Below the pieces are notes generated by a model. The model saw only the letters and a list, made by a program, of their open reading frames with translations, searched no databases and had not been told where the DNA came from. From Candidatus Hydrogenedentota bacterium (lineage in GTDB: Bacteria; Hydrogenedentota; Hydrogenedentia; Hydrogenedentales; SLHB01): a DNA stretch of 64,000 nucleotides. Shown here piece by piece: positions 48,458-57,803 of the stretch (its first letter is position 1; every line of letters begins with the position of its first letter). The stretch lies in the NCBI GenBank assembly GCA_045863335.1, contig BTVY01000010.1:78265-142264 (forward strand), given 5' to 3'. The translations under genes were made by a program, and so were the position numbers.

Positions 48458-49186
48458 ATGCGTGTAGTACCGGCAGTAGACATCCGAGGCGGACGTTGCG
48501 TCAATCTCGTGCAGGGTGATTACGACCAGGAGACCGTGTTCGGCGAGGATCCTGTAGCCCAAGCGATCACTTGGCACGAGCAGGGCGCGGAAATGGTCCA
48601 CATCGTGGATCTCGACGGCGCCCGCAAAGGTGAACTTTGCGTGTTGGCGGAAGTCCTGCAGATGTCGGCGATTCGCATTCCGGTGGAGGTTGGCGGTGGC
48701 ATTCGGACCACCTGTGATCTCGATATGGCATTTCAGGCGGGCGCGGCGCGCGCCATTCTTGGTACTGCGGCATTCCGTAATCCAGGATTCCTGAAAGCCG
48801 CGGTTGAAACCTATCCCGGCCTGGTTGCGGTCGGAATCGACGCGCGCGACGGAAAGGTATCGTTGAGCGCGTGGATGGAAGATACCGACGAAGACGCAAT
48901 TTCCTTCGCCAAGAAGGTGGAGGACGCCGGCGCCTGCCGGATTATTTACACAGACATTATGAGCGACGGTATGATGCGCGGTCCGAACCTCGAAGCGACG
49001 CAGGCGGTGGCGCGGGCGGTGAACATTCCTGTGACCGTATCGGGCGGCATATCGTCGCTGGATGATATCCGGAATGTGCGCAGCATCGCATCGGATGGTG
49101 TTGACGAGATCATTGTCGGTCGCGCGCTGTACGTGCGCGCGTTCACATTGCCGGAGGCAATCGAGGCGGCTCGGGAGGGTCCGTGA
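48458..49186 (+). CDS. hisA: Phosphoribosylformimino-5-aminoimidazole carboxamide ribotide isomerase
   Basis: PAVDIRGGRCVNLVQGDY, HIVDLDGA, VGGGIR, YTDI..DGMMRGPN and SGGI motifs. Confidence 0.93.
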   Translation: MRVVPAVDIRGGRCVNLVQGDYDQETVFGEDPVAQAITWHEQGAEMVHIVDLDGARKGELCVLAEVLQMSAIRIPVEVGGGIRTTCDLDMAFQAGAARAILGTAAFRNPGFLKAAVETYPGLVAVGIDARDGKVSLSAWMEDTDEDAISFAKKVEDAGACRIIYTDIMSDGMMRGPNLEATQAVARAVNIPVTVSGGISSLDDIRNVRSIASDGVDEIIVGRALYVRAFTLPEAIEAAREGP

Positions 49187-50040
49187 ACCCGAACTTCGGA
49201 ACGGTCACTGTCGTCGGAGTAGGTTTGCTGGGCGGTTCGCTGGGCCTGGCCTTGAAAGAACGTGGCCTTTGCCACACGGTTCGCGGCGTCGGGCACCGGC
49301 AAGTATCCCTTGACGCGGCACTCGTGAAGCACGCTATTGACGAGGCATCGCTCGAGCTTGCCGCGGCAGTAGCCGATGCGGACTTGATTGTGATTTGTAC
49401 GCCCGCTGGGTTGGTCCCGGAAACGTTGGACCAGATTCGGCGGGCGTCTTTGCCGTCTGCAATCATCACCGACGTGGCCAGTACAAAGGGAACTATCTGC
49501 GCGCACGCGGACCAAGTCTGGCCGGGACGCCGCCGGTTCATCGGGAGCCATCCCATGGCGGGATCGGAGAAGTTCGGCCCGGAACACGCCGACGCCGGCC
49601 TGTATGACGGGTGCGTTACCATCGTTGAACCGTTGGATGGGCAGGATCCCGAGGCCCACGAAGCCGTCCGCGCGCTGTGGAGTTCGGTGGGCGCATCGAT
49701 TGTCGAATTACGGCCGGAGCAGCACGATATGCTCGTGGCTCGGACGAGCCACATTCCTCATATCATGGCGGCCCTGACCGCGGAGCAGGCGACTTGCGCG
49801 CGCGGGGTCCCGTCGGTAATCGGCAAGGGTTTTCGCGACACCACTCGCGTCGCGGCTGGGCGCCCGGAGGTGTGGCGCGACATCTGCCTGACCAATCGAG
49901 AAGCCATCGTATCGGGACTAAACGAATTGGAAACACAGCTCGCAGCCGTTCGCGACGCCATTGAACGTGGCTCGGCGGAAGACGTGGAAGCGTTTTTCGA
50001 TGCTGCCCGAAAAGCACGGGAAGAGGTAATCGGCGGATGA
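49183..50040 (+). CDS. tyrA: Prephenate/arogenate dehydrogenase
   Basis: GVGLLGGS, TDVASTK, HPMAGSE, HD..VA.TSHIPH and GFRDTTRVA motifs. Confidence 0.92.
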   Translation: MNPNFGTVTVVGVGLLGGSLGLALKERGLCHTVRGVGHRQVSLDAALVKHAIDEASLELAAAVADADLIVICTPAGLVPETLDQIRRASLPSAIITDVASTKGTICAHADQVWPGRRRFIGSHPMAGSEKFGPEHADAGLYDGCVTIVEPLDGQDPEAHEAVRALWSSVGASIVELRPEQHDMLVARTSHIPHIMAALTAEQATCARGVPSVIGKGFRDTTRVAAGRPEVWRDICLTNREAIVSGLNELETQLAAVRDAIERGSAEDVEAFFDAARKAREEVIGG

Positions 50041-50663
50041 AAGGGATCTTCATTACCGTCGAAGGCGTTGAAGGCTGCGGAAAATCGACGCAGATCCTGT
50101 TATTGAAAGCGTATCTCGAAAGCCGCGGCCGCGAAGTGATCGTCACGCGCGAGCCGGGCGGTACGGTCATCGCGGAAACGATCCGGAGCATTCTTCTGGA
50201 CCCGGAAAACGCGGCGCTATCGCCCATGGCCGAGGCGTTTCTCTATGCAGCCGCGCGCGCGCAGCACGTGGACGAGCGCATCCGGCCTGCTCTCGAAGCG
50301 GGCAAAGTCGTGCTGAGCGATCGATTCGCCGACAGCACGACGGCCTATCAGGGCGCGGGCCGGCAGTTGCCGGAGGAAACGATCCAATCGCTTCATTCCA
50401 TGGCGACCCGGGGAACCTGGCCGCATTTAACCATCGTCGTGGACGTACCGGCCGAAGAGGGGTTGAAACGGGCGGGGCATGTGAACCCTCCCGACCGCAT
50501 CGAGATGGAACCCATAGAGTTTCACCGGGGCGTGCGTGAAGCCTTTCTTCAGATCGCGCAGAAAGATCCGGCCCGGGTTCACGTCGTCGATGGAACGCGG
50601 TCCGTTGAAGCGGTTGCCGCAGCCGTGCGCGACTTGGTAGAACCGCTGTTTGGTGACCTATGA
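50037..50663 (+). CDS. tmk: Thymidylate kinase
   Basis: EGVEGCGKSTQ, TREPGGT and DRFADSTTAYQG motifs. Confidence 0.96.
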   Translation: MKGIFITVEGVEGCGKSTQILLLKAYLESRGREVIVTREPGGTVIAETIRSILLDPENAALSPMAEAFLYAAARAQHVDERIRPALEAGKVVLSDRFADSTTAYQGAGRQLPEETIQSLHSMATRGTWPHLTIVVDVPAEEGLKRAGHVNPPDRIEMEPIEFHRGVREAFLQIAQKDPARVHVVDGTRSVEAVAAAVRDLVEPLFGDL

Positions 50664-51751
50664 GTCTTCACGAAATCCGCGATCAGGAAACGGCGGTGCG
50701 CTTCGTGCGCAACATTTTGCGCGCGAACCGAATCCCCAACGGGCTGCTGTTCTACGGACCGGGCGGCGTAGGCAAAGGGCTCACGGCCGTAGAATTGGCG
50801 AAGGCCATCAACTGCGAGAAGCAGGATGGCGACGCCTGTGACGCCTGCCTGGCGTGCCGGAAGGTGACAAACGGAAACCATCCCGACATCACGTACCTGA
50901 GTCCGTCCGAGAAGACGCGTCTGATTAAGAAGGACGACATTGACGGCATTAACGAGCTTGCCGCGTTGCGGCCCTTCGAGTCCCAATGGCGGATCTTCAT
51001 CATCCAAGACGCGGACCGCATGAATCCGCCCGCGCAGAACCACTTCCTGAAAACACTGGAAGAACCGCCGGGCCGGTCGTTGTTTATTCTATTAACGGAG
51101 TTTCCGCGGGTGTTGCTGCCGACCATCCGGTCGCGCTGCCAACAAGTCCGGTTTCGCGCGCTGCGGCAGGAGACCGTCGCGGATTTGCTGCGGCGGGAAC
51201 GCGATCTGCCGGACGAGCTGGCTGAATCGCTGGCGGGGATCGCCGAGGGGCAGATGACCCGCGCATTGGACCTCGTGGATTCGGAAAAGCGGAACGTGGT
51301 GCTATCGCTGACGTCCCGTCTGGCGGAGGGTGAAGACCCGGTCGAGTTGGCTGAGGAATTCACCAAGTTCCTGGCCGAACAGCGAAAACAATTGGAAGAT
51401 CACCTCAAAGCCACCATGGCTTACGATTCGGCCGACGAGGTGAGCCGTACGGATATGGAACGGCTGAAAGAGGAGCGTCTCGCGCAACTCGCCGCCATGT
51501 CCAAACGTGATATGCTGGAGTATCTTTATCTGCTGCAAACCTGGTATCGCGATGAAATGATCTTCGCTGTCACGCGCGACCGTTCGCGCGTCTGGAACAA
51601 GGATCAATTCGAGCGTCTGGAATCGGGCGAGGGAGCCAACCCGTCCGAAAAGCTGCAAGCGATTGAAACCGCGCGGATGTACCTGGATCGGTTCATCAAC
51701 GAAGAGCGCGTCTTTCGCGATCTTTTCCTGACGCTCGCCGTTTCGCCGTGA
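50660..51751 (+). CDS. holB: DNA polymerase III subunit delta'
   Basis: GPGGVGK, C..ACDACLAC, HPD, LKTLEEPP and LPTIRSRC motifs; follows tmk. Confidence 0.93.
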   Translation: MSLHEIRDQETAVRFVRNILRANRIPNGLLFYGPGGVGKGLTAVELAKAINCEKQDGDACDACLACRKVTNGNHPDITYLSPSEKTRLIKKDDIDGINELAALRPFESQWRIFIIQDADRMNPPAQNHFLKTLEEPPGRSLFILLTEFPRVLLPTIRSRCQQVRFRALRQETVADLLRRERDLPDELAESLAGIAEGQMTRALDLVDSEKRNVVLSLTSRLAEGEDPVELAEEFTKFLAEQRKQLEDHLKATMAYDSADEVSRTDMERLKEERLAQLAAMSKRDMLEYLYLLQTWYRDEMIFAVTRDRSRVWNKDQFERLESGEGANPSEKLQAIETARMYLDRFINEERVFRDLFLTLAVSP

Positions 51752-51771
51752 CGCCTTTTGGGAGTGATTGA

Positions 51772-52833
51772 ATGGAAACCGTGAAAATTCGCTTGCGCAA
51801 ACCGACGCGGGTGTTTACTTTTTTGAGCGACAACATCCCCTTGGAACGGGAAGACGACTGTATCGTCCGTAGCGACCGGGGCCTGGAATGGGGCACCTGC
51901 GTCGTGCCGCCGGAGCCGTGTCCGGAAGATCTGAAGAACCGCTACAAGATGAACGTGGTGCGGAAGGTCAATCACAGCGACGAGAGCACCTACCGGCAGA
52001 TCCAGGAAGAGGAAGCGCGGGCGAAAGAGTTGTGCGCGACGCGCATCCGCGAACATAAGCTTCCGATGAAGCTGGTCGACGTGGAATACACTTTCGACAA
52101 GCACAAGGTCATCTTTTACTTTACCGCCGCCGACCGGGTGGATTTTCGCCAGCTCGTGCGGGATCTGGCGCAAGAGTTGAAGACGCGGATCGAGCTGCGT
52201 CACATCCAGGTGCGCGACGAGGCAAAACTCACCGGCGGTATCGGCATGTGCGGTCGCGAGTTGTGTTGCTCGACGTGGTTGCGCGAGTTCAAACCCATCT
52301 CGATGAAGATGGCGAAGCGCCAGAATCTTTCGCTGAATCCGTCCAAGATCAGTGGTCAATGCGGCCGCTTGCTCTGCTGCCTCAGCTACGAAAACGAGAT
52401 GTACAAGGAGCGCAGGCGGTCGGAAATAGACGCGCGGGATACGCCTAAGTCCGAGCCCGAACCCGCCGCATACGTGCAAGACGCCTTCGGCGCTGCGGGC
52501 GCGTTTCCGGACATGGAAGACCGGCCACCCCGCCCGGCTGACTGGCGCGAACGGCTTGACGAGATGGATGGCGGCGGCGAGGACGTAGTTGTCGATGATG
52601 ATGCGTCCGAACGGGACGCCCAGCTACGCGAACGTGGCCCCCGGCGTTCGGAGCGTCCACGGCCGTCCGGCGCGCCCCAATCGCAGGGACGGCAGCAGGC
52701 TTCAGCGCCCGGTGCACAATCGGCTGACGGCGGCTCCAAGCGTCGAGGCCGGAGACGTCGCCGCCGGCGCCCGGGTGGTGGTTCGGGTGGTTCCGGTTCG
52801 AGTGACTCCGGAGGCGGAGAGTCCTCGTCCTGA
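51772..52833 (+). CDS. ricT: PSP1 domain protein (RicT/YaaT) with disordered Arg/Gly-rich tail
   Basis: FYFTAADRVDFRQLVRDLA, GGIGMCGRELCC and SKISGQCGRLLCCL motifs. Confidence 0.88.
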   Translation: METVKIRLRKPTRVFTFLSDNIPLEREDDCIVRSDRGLEWGTCVVPPEPCPEDLKNRYKMNVVRKVNHSDESTYRQIQEEEARAKELCATRIREHKLPMKLVDVEYTFDKHKVIFYFTAADRVDFRQLVRDLAQELKTRIELRHIQVRDEAKLTGGIGMCGRELCCSTWLREFKPISMKMAKRQNLSLNPSKISGQCGRLLCCLSYENEMYKERRRSEIDARDTPKSEPEPAAYVQDAFGAAGAFPDMEDRPPRPADWRERLDEMDGGGEDVVVDDDASERDAQLRERGPRRSERPRPSGAPQSQGRQQASAPGAQSADGGSKRRGRRRRRRRPGGGSGGSGSSDSGGGESSS

Positions 52834-53594
52834 TGGGACTGGTCGACACGCATTGCCATCTCCAATCGGAACGTTTTGACGAGGATCGCGCCGCCGTGTT
52901 GAGGCGAGCCCTGGATGCCCTCGACTGGATCGTGTTGATTGGAGATAACCTGGAATCGAGTCAGGCCGCCGTAGACCTGCTCCAGAATGGCGTGTATGCC
53001 GCAGTAGGTGTCCATCCTTATCACCCGGAGCAAGCCGACGATGAGGGTATCAAACGGTTGCGCGCCCTTGCCGGAGTTCCGCGCGTCGTTGCTATTGGTG
53101 AAATCGGAATCGATTATTACAAGTACAACGAAGCGCCGCGCGATTTGCAGCAGCGGGCCTTTCATGCGCAACTTGAACTCGCGGCGGATCTCCGTCTCCC
53201 CGTCGTGATACACAATCGGGATTCCCAGGAAGATGTCGCCGCCATCCTCGACGAGCACCACGAATCCTTGTGCGGAGGCATCATGCACTGCTTTTCCGGA
53301 GACGGAGCTTTCGTGGAGCGCTGCCTCTCTTGGGACTTTCATGTTTCCTTCGCGGGCAACGTGACCTTTCCCAAGGCGCAAGAACTCCGTGACGCGGCAA
53401 AGGCCGTGCCGATGAACCGTCTATTGGTCGAGACCGATAGTCCCTATCTTGCGCCCCAGCCCGTTCGCGGCAAACGGTGCGAACCCGCCTTTGTGCGGTA
53501 CACGGCCGAGACTCTTGCTGCGGTCAAGGGCATTGAGGTGGACGAGTTGACCGCGCAAACGACGGAGAACGCGCGCGCGTTGTTTGGCATTTGA
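52833..53594 (+). CDS. tatD: TatD family hydrolase
   Basis: DTHCH, GVHP, AIGEIGIDY, IHNR, HCFSG and ETDSPYLAP motifs. Confidence 0.93.
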   Translation: MGLVDTHCHLQSERFDEDRAAVLRRALDALDWIVLIGDNLESSQAAVDLLQNGVYAAVGVHPYHPEQADDEGIKRLRALAGVPRVVAIGEIGIDYYKYNEAPRDLQQRAFHAQLELAADLRLPVVIHNRDSQEDVAAILDEHHESLCGGIMHCFSGDGAFVERCLSWDFHVSFAGNVTFPKAQELRDAAKAVPMNRLLVETDSPYLAPQPVRGKRCEPAFVRYTAETLAAVKGIEVDELTAQTTENARALFGI

Positions 53595-53664
53595 TTGGGT
53601 AGTCGTTGCAGATCGGTCGAAGCCCGGGAGGATGCAGGCTTCGACAGAGTCGGTACGCAGATAC

Positions 53665-54114
53665 TCAGGTGAGGAGGGTTTTGAGTTCGTTCATGAACTC
53701 GTTGAGATCCTTGAACTGGCGGTACACCGATGCGAAACGCACATAAGCCACTTCGTCCAGTTCTTTGAGTCGCTCCATGACCGCGAGGCCGATCGCATCG
53801 GTAGAGACTTCGTGCTCGGTTGAGTTGAAAAGCCCGCGCTCCACGTCGTCGATGAGCGCCTCGACCTGTTCCAATCCCACCGGCCGTTTCTCCACGGCCT
53901 TGAGGATTCCGCTCTTGATCTTCCAGCGGTCAAAGGGTTCGCGGCGGCCATCTTTCTTGATGACCATTTGCGCGACTTCTTCGATGCGTTCGTAGGTCGT
54001 GTAGCGGCGCGCGCACTTCAAACATTCGCGACGCCGGCGAATGGAATCGCCTTCCTTGGAGGAACGGGAGTCGACCACTTTGCTTTCCAGGAACGCGCAG
54101 AACGGACAACGCAT
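53665..54114 (-). CDS. nrdR: Transcriptional repressor NrdR
   Basis: [23 protein letters not shown]; ATP-cone; [13 protein letters not shown]. Confidence 0.97.
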   Translation of the reverse strand: MRCPFCAFLESKVVDSRSSKEGDSIRRRRECLKCARRYTTYERIEEVAQMVIKKDGRREPFDRWKIKSGILKAVEKRPVGLEQVEALIDDVERGLFNSTEHEVSTDAIGLAVMERLKELDEVAYVRFASVYRQFKDLNEFMNELKTLLT

Positions 54115-54178
54115 TGGCTATTCAATTCCTATCTACCATCGGGCCGACCACAAGCGCATCGCGGCAAAATCCTTGACA

Positions 54179-54227
54179 CATCTATATATTGTGCCAAGGT
54201 CAATTTAGCACATACAACATAATGCGT
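54179..54227. promoter_or_regulatory. Tandem NrdR-box-like sites upstream of nrdR
   Basis: CATCTATATATTGTGC (54179-54194) and weaker ATACAACATAATGCGT (54212-54227), 33 bp apart. Confidence 0.6.
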
Positions 54228-54775
54228 CAAGAAAAAAAGGAGAGGGTAACCGTTCCGTAGGATGCATCGCGGACTCGGGTCAAGGAACCGGCGCGATCCG
54301 GCATGGGGTTGTCTGTCGCATGTTCAATGATAACAATGGCTTGCGCGGAAAGAAGTTCGTGTTGAAGCAGCCGATCCAGAAGCGTTTCGTAAGCCGTGAA
54401 ATCGAAGGGCGGGTCGGCATAAACCACGTCGAAGGGCGGCTCCAAATGCTGAAGTTGCGCTATCCCTTGGGGCAGTGCGAGACGATGACAGGCAGCCTTG
54501 GGGCTCAGGCGCGTCTTCTCGAGATTGTGTTGCACGATATCGAGGCACTGGCGATCCTGATCGATGAACGCGCAATGGGATGCGCCGCGGCTCAGCGCTT
54601 CGATGCCGTTTGCGCCGCTTCCAGCGAATAGATCGGCGAAGCGGCAGCCCTCCAATCGCGGCATGAGGATGCTGAACGCGGCCTCGCGCACCCGGTCGAG
54701 TGTTGGCCGGACGCGCTTTCCTTCGGCCGTTTCGAGGCGAATGCCGCGGGCCGTACCCGCGATGACGCGAAGCAT
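54227..54775 (-). CDS. rsmD: 16S rRNA (guanine966-N2)-methyltransferase
   Basis: MLRVIAG..RPTLDRVREA, DLFAGSGANGIEALSRGA and DPPF motifs. Confidence 0.94.
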   Translation of the reverse strand: MLRVIAGTARGIRLETAEGKRVRPTLDRVREAAFSILMPRLEGCRFADLFAGSGANGIEALSRGASHCAFIDQDRQCLDIVQHNLEKTRLSPKAACHRLALPQGIAQLQHLEPPFDVVYADPPFDFTAYETLLDRLLQHELLSAQAIVIIEHATDNPMPDRAGSLTRVRDASYGTVTLSFFS

Positions 54776-55569
54776 CAGCCCCTGGCTTCTTCGACGAAGC
54801 GCTTCAGCATGGTGAGATTATGTTGCCCCACGCGCTCCGGCGGTCCGCAATGGCTCTCGATCGTTACGTGCTCCACGATCTGGTCCTCCACCAACGCGCG
54901 CATTTGCCCCCGCCAGTCGCAAACCCCTTCGCCGATAGGACGCCATTCCGCGCGCCCTTCGGATGTGATGACGACGTCCTTGGCGTGGACGTTCCGGATG
55001 TACTCCTTCACCGTCTCGTATCCGTCGGGGAAACCTTCTTCCGCGCCTTCTTTCAGATTGGCAAGGTCCCAGTTCGCGCCCAGGTTGGGCCGGTCGCACT
55101 GTTGCAACAAGGACGCAATGCGTTCGGGCGTGTTGAACTTGCAGTGCGTTTCGTTTTCGACGGCCGCGTGAAGCTCGAAGTCGGCAAGTTGATCGGCAAA
55201 TGATCCGATTCGTGCCACGGCTTCCTTGTCCGTCCCGGGTGTCGATTCGAGTCCGAAGCAGATGAGTAAGGGAATTTCGCAGGCCTGCATAAAATCAACC
55301 GCCACATGCAACCCTTCGCCGGTCGCGTAGGCGATATGGGGCTCGTCGTCGATACGGGTCTTGAAGAACCCAGGCGAGACTGCGGTGTACGCGATGTCGT
55401 ATTCATCCTGCAGATCGACCAGCCGGTCCAGCACGTTGAGCGGCAGGCGGGGAAACCGTTTGTCATGCACATGACGGATCTCGAACTCGCGGACGCCCCA
55501 TTCGAGGGCCATCTCAACGGCCTCGCGAGGGTCCTGGCTAAGTTCATCTGTTACAAATCCGAAACGCAC
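54775..55569 (-). CDS. Sugar phosphate isomerase/epimerase (xylose isomerase-like TIM barrel)
   Basis: FVTDE, VENE, NWDLAN, VHAKD, IGEG and TIESH motifs. Confidence 0.82.
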   Translation of the reverse strand: MRFGFVTDELSQDPREAVEMALEWGVREFEIRHVHDKRFPRLPLNVLDRLVDLQDEYDIAYTAVSPGFFKTRIDDEPHIAYATGEGLHVAVDFMQACEIPLLICFGLESTPGTDKEAVARIGSFADQLADFELHAAVENETHCKFNTPERIASLLQQCDRPNLGANWDLANLKEGAEEGFPDGYETVKEYIRNVHAKDVVITSEGRAEWRPIGEGVCDWRGQMRALVEDQIVEHVTIESHCGPPERVGQHNLTMLKRFVEEARG

Positions 55570-55587
55570 CTCACACCTCGTGATTTG

Positions 55588-56667
55588 TTATCCGTTTAAC
55601 CAACTGTCGCGGTGTTCTTCGACAAAGGCATCGTCATTGAGATGCGGATAGTCGCGGTAAACGCGGTCGATTTCTTCGCGCTGCCCCGGCGACAATCGCT
55701 CGTTTGGATCGAGGCACCGGCGCGTCGACACCAAGCCTTGCCGCAAGAGCACATCATGGATTCCCGCAATGCAACCCTGGAAGCCGTTGGCTACGTCAAA
55801 GAACGCGGCGTTCGAGTCCGTGACTTCGACCGCGCGCGTCATCAAGCCGGGAGGCACGTCCCCGCCGGTCCTCACCACGCGATGGCATTCATCGAGCAGC
55901 TCCACCGCGCGGCGTGTCCAACACGCCCAATGGCCAAGCAGTCCACCCACAATGCGAAGCGATACGCGCTTCTTGCCCACCGCGATACGATATGTGGTCA
56001 AGAGGTCGACGACGATGTTGTCGTCGTTGCCTGTGTACAAGGCGATGTCCGAGGCGCGGCCCACTTCCGCCACGGCGCGCACGACGTCGAGGGTCTGATA
56101 CCGGTTGAAAGGGGCCATTTTGATGGCGACGACATTCTCGATTTCCGCGAACGTACGCCAGAACCCGACGGGCAGCACACGCCCACCGACTGCGGGTTGA
56201 AGATAGAACCCCATAATGGGGATCTCCTCTGCAACGCGACGGCAGTGGTCGACCATCTGCGGTACGGTGAATGCCGACAGCGCGGCCAGGCTCAGCAGGC
56301 CCGCATCATATCCGGTCTCGCGCAGGAACGTAGCTTCGCGCACGGCTTGCGGCGTTTTTCCGCAAATGCCGCCAACCTTCACGACAGGCCTCTTGGTCGC
56401 GCGGGTGTACTCGTTCATCGTCTCGGCGGCGAGTTGCAGAACGGGTTTGAACAACCCAACTTGTTTGTCGCGAATGGCGAATTGGGTCGTATGCACGCCC
56501 ACGGCGACACCACCGGAGCCGGCGTGACAGTAATACCGTGTAAGCGCGCGCTGCCGCCGCTCGTCGAGCTTTCCAGCGCGGGTCAATGCCAGGGGATGGG
56601 CCGGGATTACCATGCCCGAACGAATCCGTCGCAAAACGGCAGGGGCCAGTTTGGGATAGGTCGCCAT
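55588..56667 (-). CDS. Dihydrodipicolinate synthase-like (class I aldolase) protein
   Basis: GVHTTQF, GFYLQPAVGG, AIKMAPF (Schiff-base Lys) and LYTGNDD motifs. Confidence 0.82.
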   Translation of the reverse strand: MATYPKLAPAVLRRIRSGMVIPAHPLALTRAGKLDERRQRALTRYYCHAGSGGVAVGVHTTQFAIRDKQVGLFKPVLQLAAETMNEYTRATKRPVVKVGGICGKTPQAVREATFLRETGYDAGLLSLAALSAFTVPQMVDHCRRVAEEIPIMGFYLQPAVGGRVLPVGFWRTFAEIENVVAIKMAPFNRYQTLDVVRAVAEVGRASDIALYTGNDDNIVVDLLTTYRIAVGKKRVSLRIVGGLLGHWACWTRRAVELLDECHRVVRTGGDVPPGLMTRAVEVTDSNAAFFDVANGFQGCIAGIHDVLLRQGLVSTRRCLDPNERLSPGQREEIDRVYRDYPHLNDDAFVEEHRDSWLNG

Positions 56668-56669
56668 GA

Positions 56670-57698
56670 TCAGAACTTTCCGTCCCGGGTTTCATAGTGT
56701 GTCGGTTTGCCAAGGGTAGAACCGCCGCGTTTCAGCCACTCCGCGACCCACTGAATCAGCGTATCGAGGTCGACATCCGGCGAGCCGAACAGCTCGTGAC
56801 AGCGCGATGCATTGCTGAGGAGAGCAGTCTCCGACTCGGTGCCGGAAAACGTCACGGGCCGGTCCAGATACTCGCCCAGGCGCGATGCCATGTCGCGGAT
56901 GGATATGGTTTCGGAACCTGTCACATTGAGTATCGCCGGGGGCGTCGCAGCTAGTTGCAGGCACCGAAGCGCCACGGAGTTGGCATAGCGCTGCCAAATC
57001 ACGTTCACGTAACCCGTGGTTAAGTCGACCGGTTCTCCGTTGAGAATACGCGTTGCCACATCGACGATGATTCCGTAGCGCAACTCGACGGCGTAGTTAA
57101 GCCGGTAGTGAACGACACGCGCGCCTTTCTCGTTCCCCACATAGTCGAACATGCGCTCCCGTCCTAAGCAGGACATGGCGTATTCGCCGACCGGGTTGGG
57201 CTGAGTGGCTTCCGTGACGCCGCCGGACTCGACGGAAACAAAGGGGTACACATTGCCCGAGGAAAACGCCACGATGCGGGACCCGGCATAGTGTTCCCCG
57301 ACCCGGCCCGCGGCCAGCACGTTCGTGGCCCAGGTGTTCCATTCGGCGCCGGTCGATCCGAACTTCCGGCCCACCATGTAGATCACGTTTTCCGCTTCAG
57401 GTAGCAGGCTTACCGCATCCGCATTCAAAAGATCGGCTTGGTGTGTTTCCACATCCGCAGCATGCAAGGCATCACGGAGTCCAGGTTGAGAGAACGTAGA
57501 AACGCCGATCACGCGCCGTCTTGTCGCAGACTCCTGCGTTGCGCGCACGGCCATTCGCGCGAGGGTGGGTCCCATCTTGCCACCCACGCCGAGGATAACG
57601 ATATCGCCGCTCAGCTCGCGGAAATACTCGACAAGGCCGTCATCCGGCCGGCTGAGGATTTCCTCCAGAGACTCGTTGGTATTGATGATCGCGCGCAT
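56670..57698 (-). CDS. NAD-dependent epimerase/dehydratase family protein
   Basis: LGVGGKMGPTLA Rossmann motif; FSSGNVY, GEYAMSCLGRER and RLNYA motifs. Confidence 0.85.
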   Translation of the reverse strand: MRAIINTNESLEEILSRPDDGLVEYFRELSGDIVILGVGGKMGPTLARMAVRATQESATRRRVIGVSTFSQPGLRDALHAADVETHQADLLNADAVSLLPEAENVIYMVGRKFGSTGAEWNTWATNVLAAGRVGEHYAGSRIVAFSSGNVYPFVSVESGGVTEATQPNPVGEYAMSCLGRERMFDYVGNEKGARVVHYRLNYAVELRYGIIVDVATRILNGEPVDLTTGYVNVIWQRYANSVALRCLQLAATPPAILNVTGSETISIRDMASRLGEYLDRPVTFSGTESETALLSNASRCHELFGSPDVDLDTLIQWVAEWLKRGGSTLGKPTHYETRDGKF

Positions 57699-57803
57699 GA
57701 AAACTCCGAAACTGCAGGCCGCTCAAACCCCGATTTTGCCACAGCCACCTGCGGGGCGCAATGAGTGGACGGGGAGGAAGGAGTTGCGGAGCTACCACAA
57801 GAG

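Noticed and set aside
48458-49186. Lone hisA as bifunctional PriA
   Set aside because: The loop reads LSAW rather than the RGW typical of PriA; nothing else supports TrpF activity
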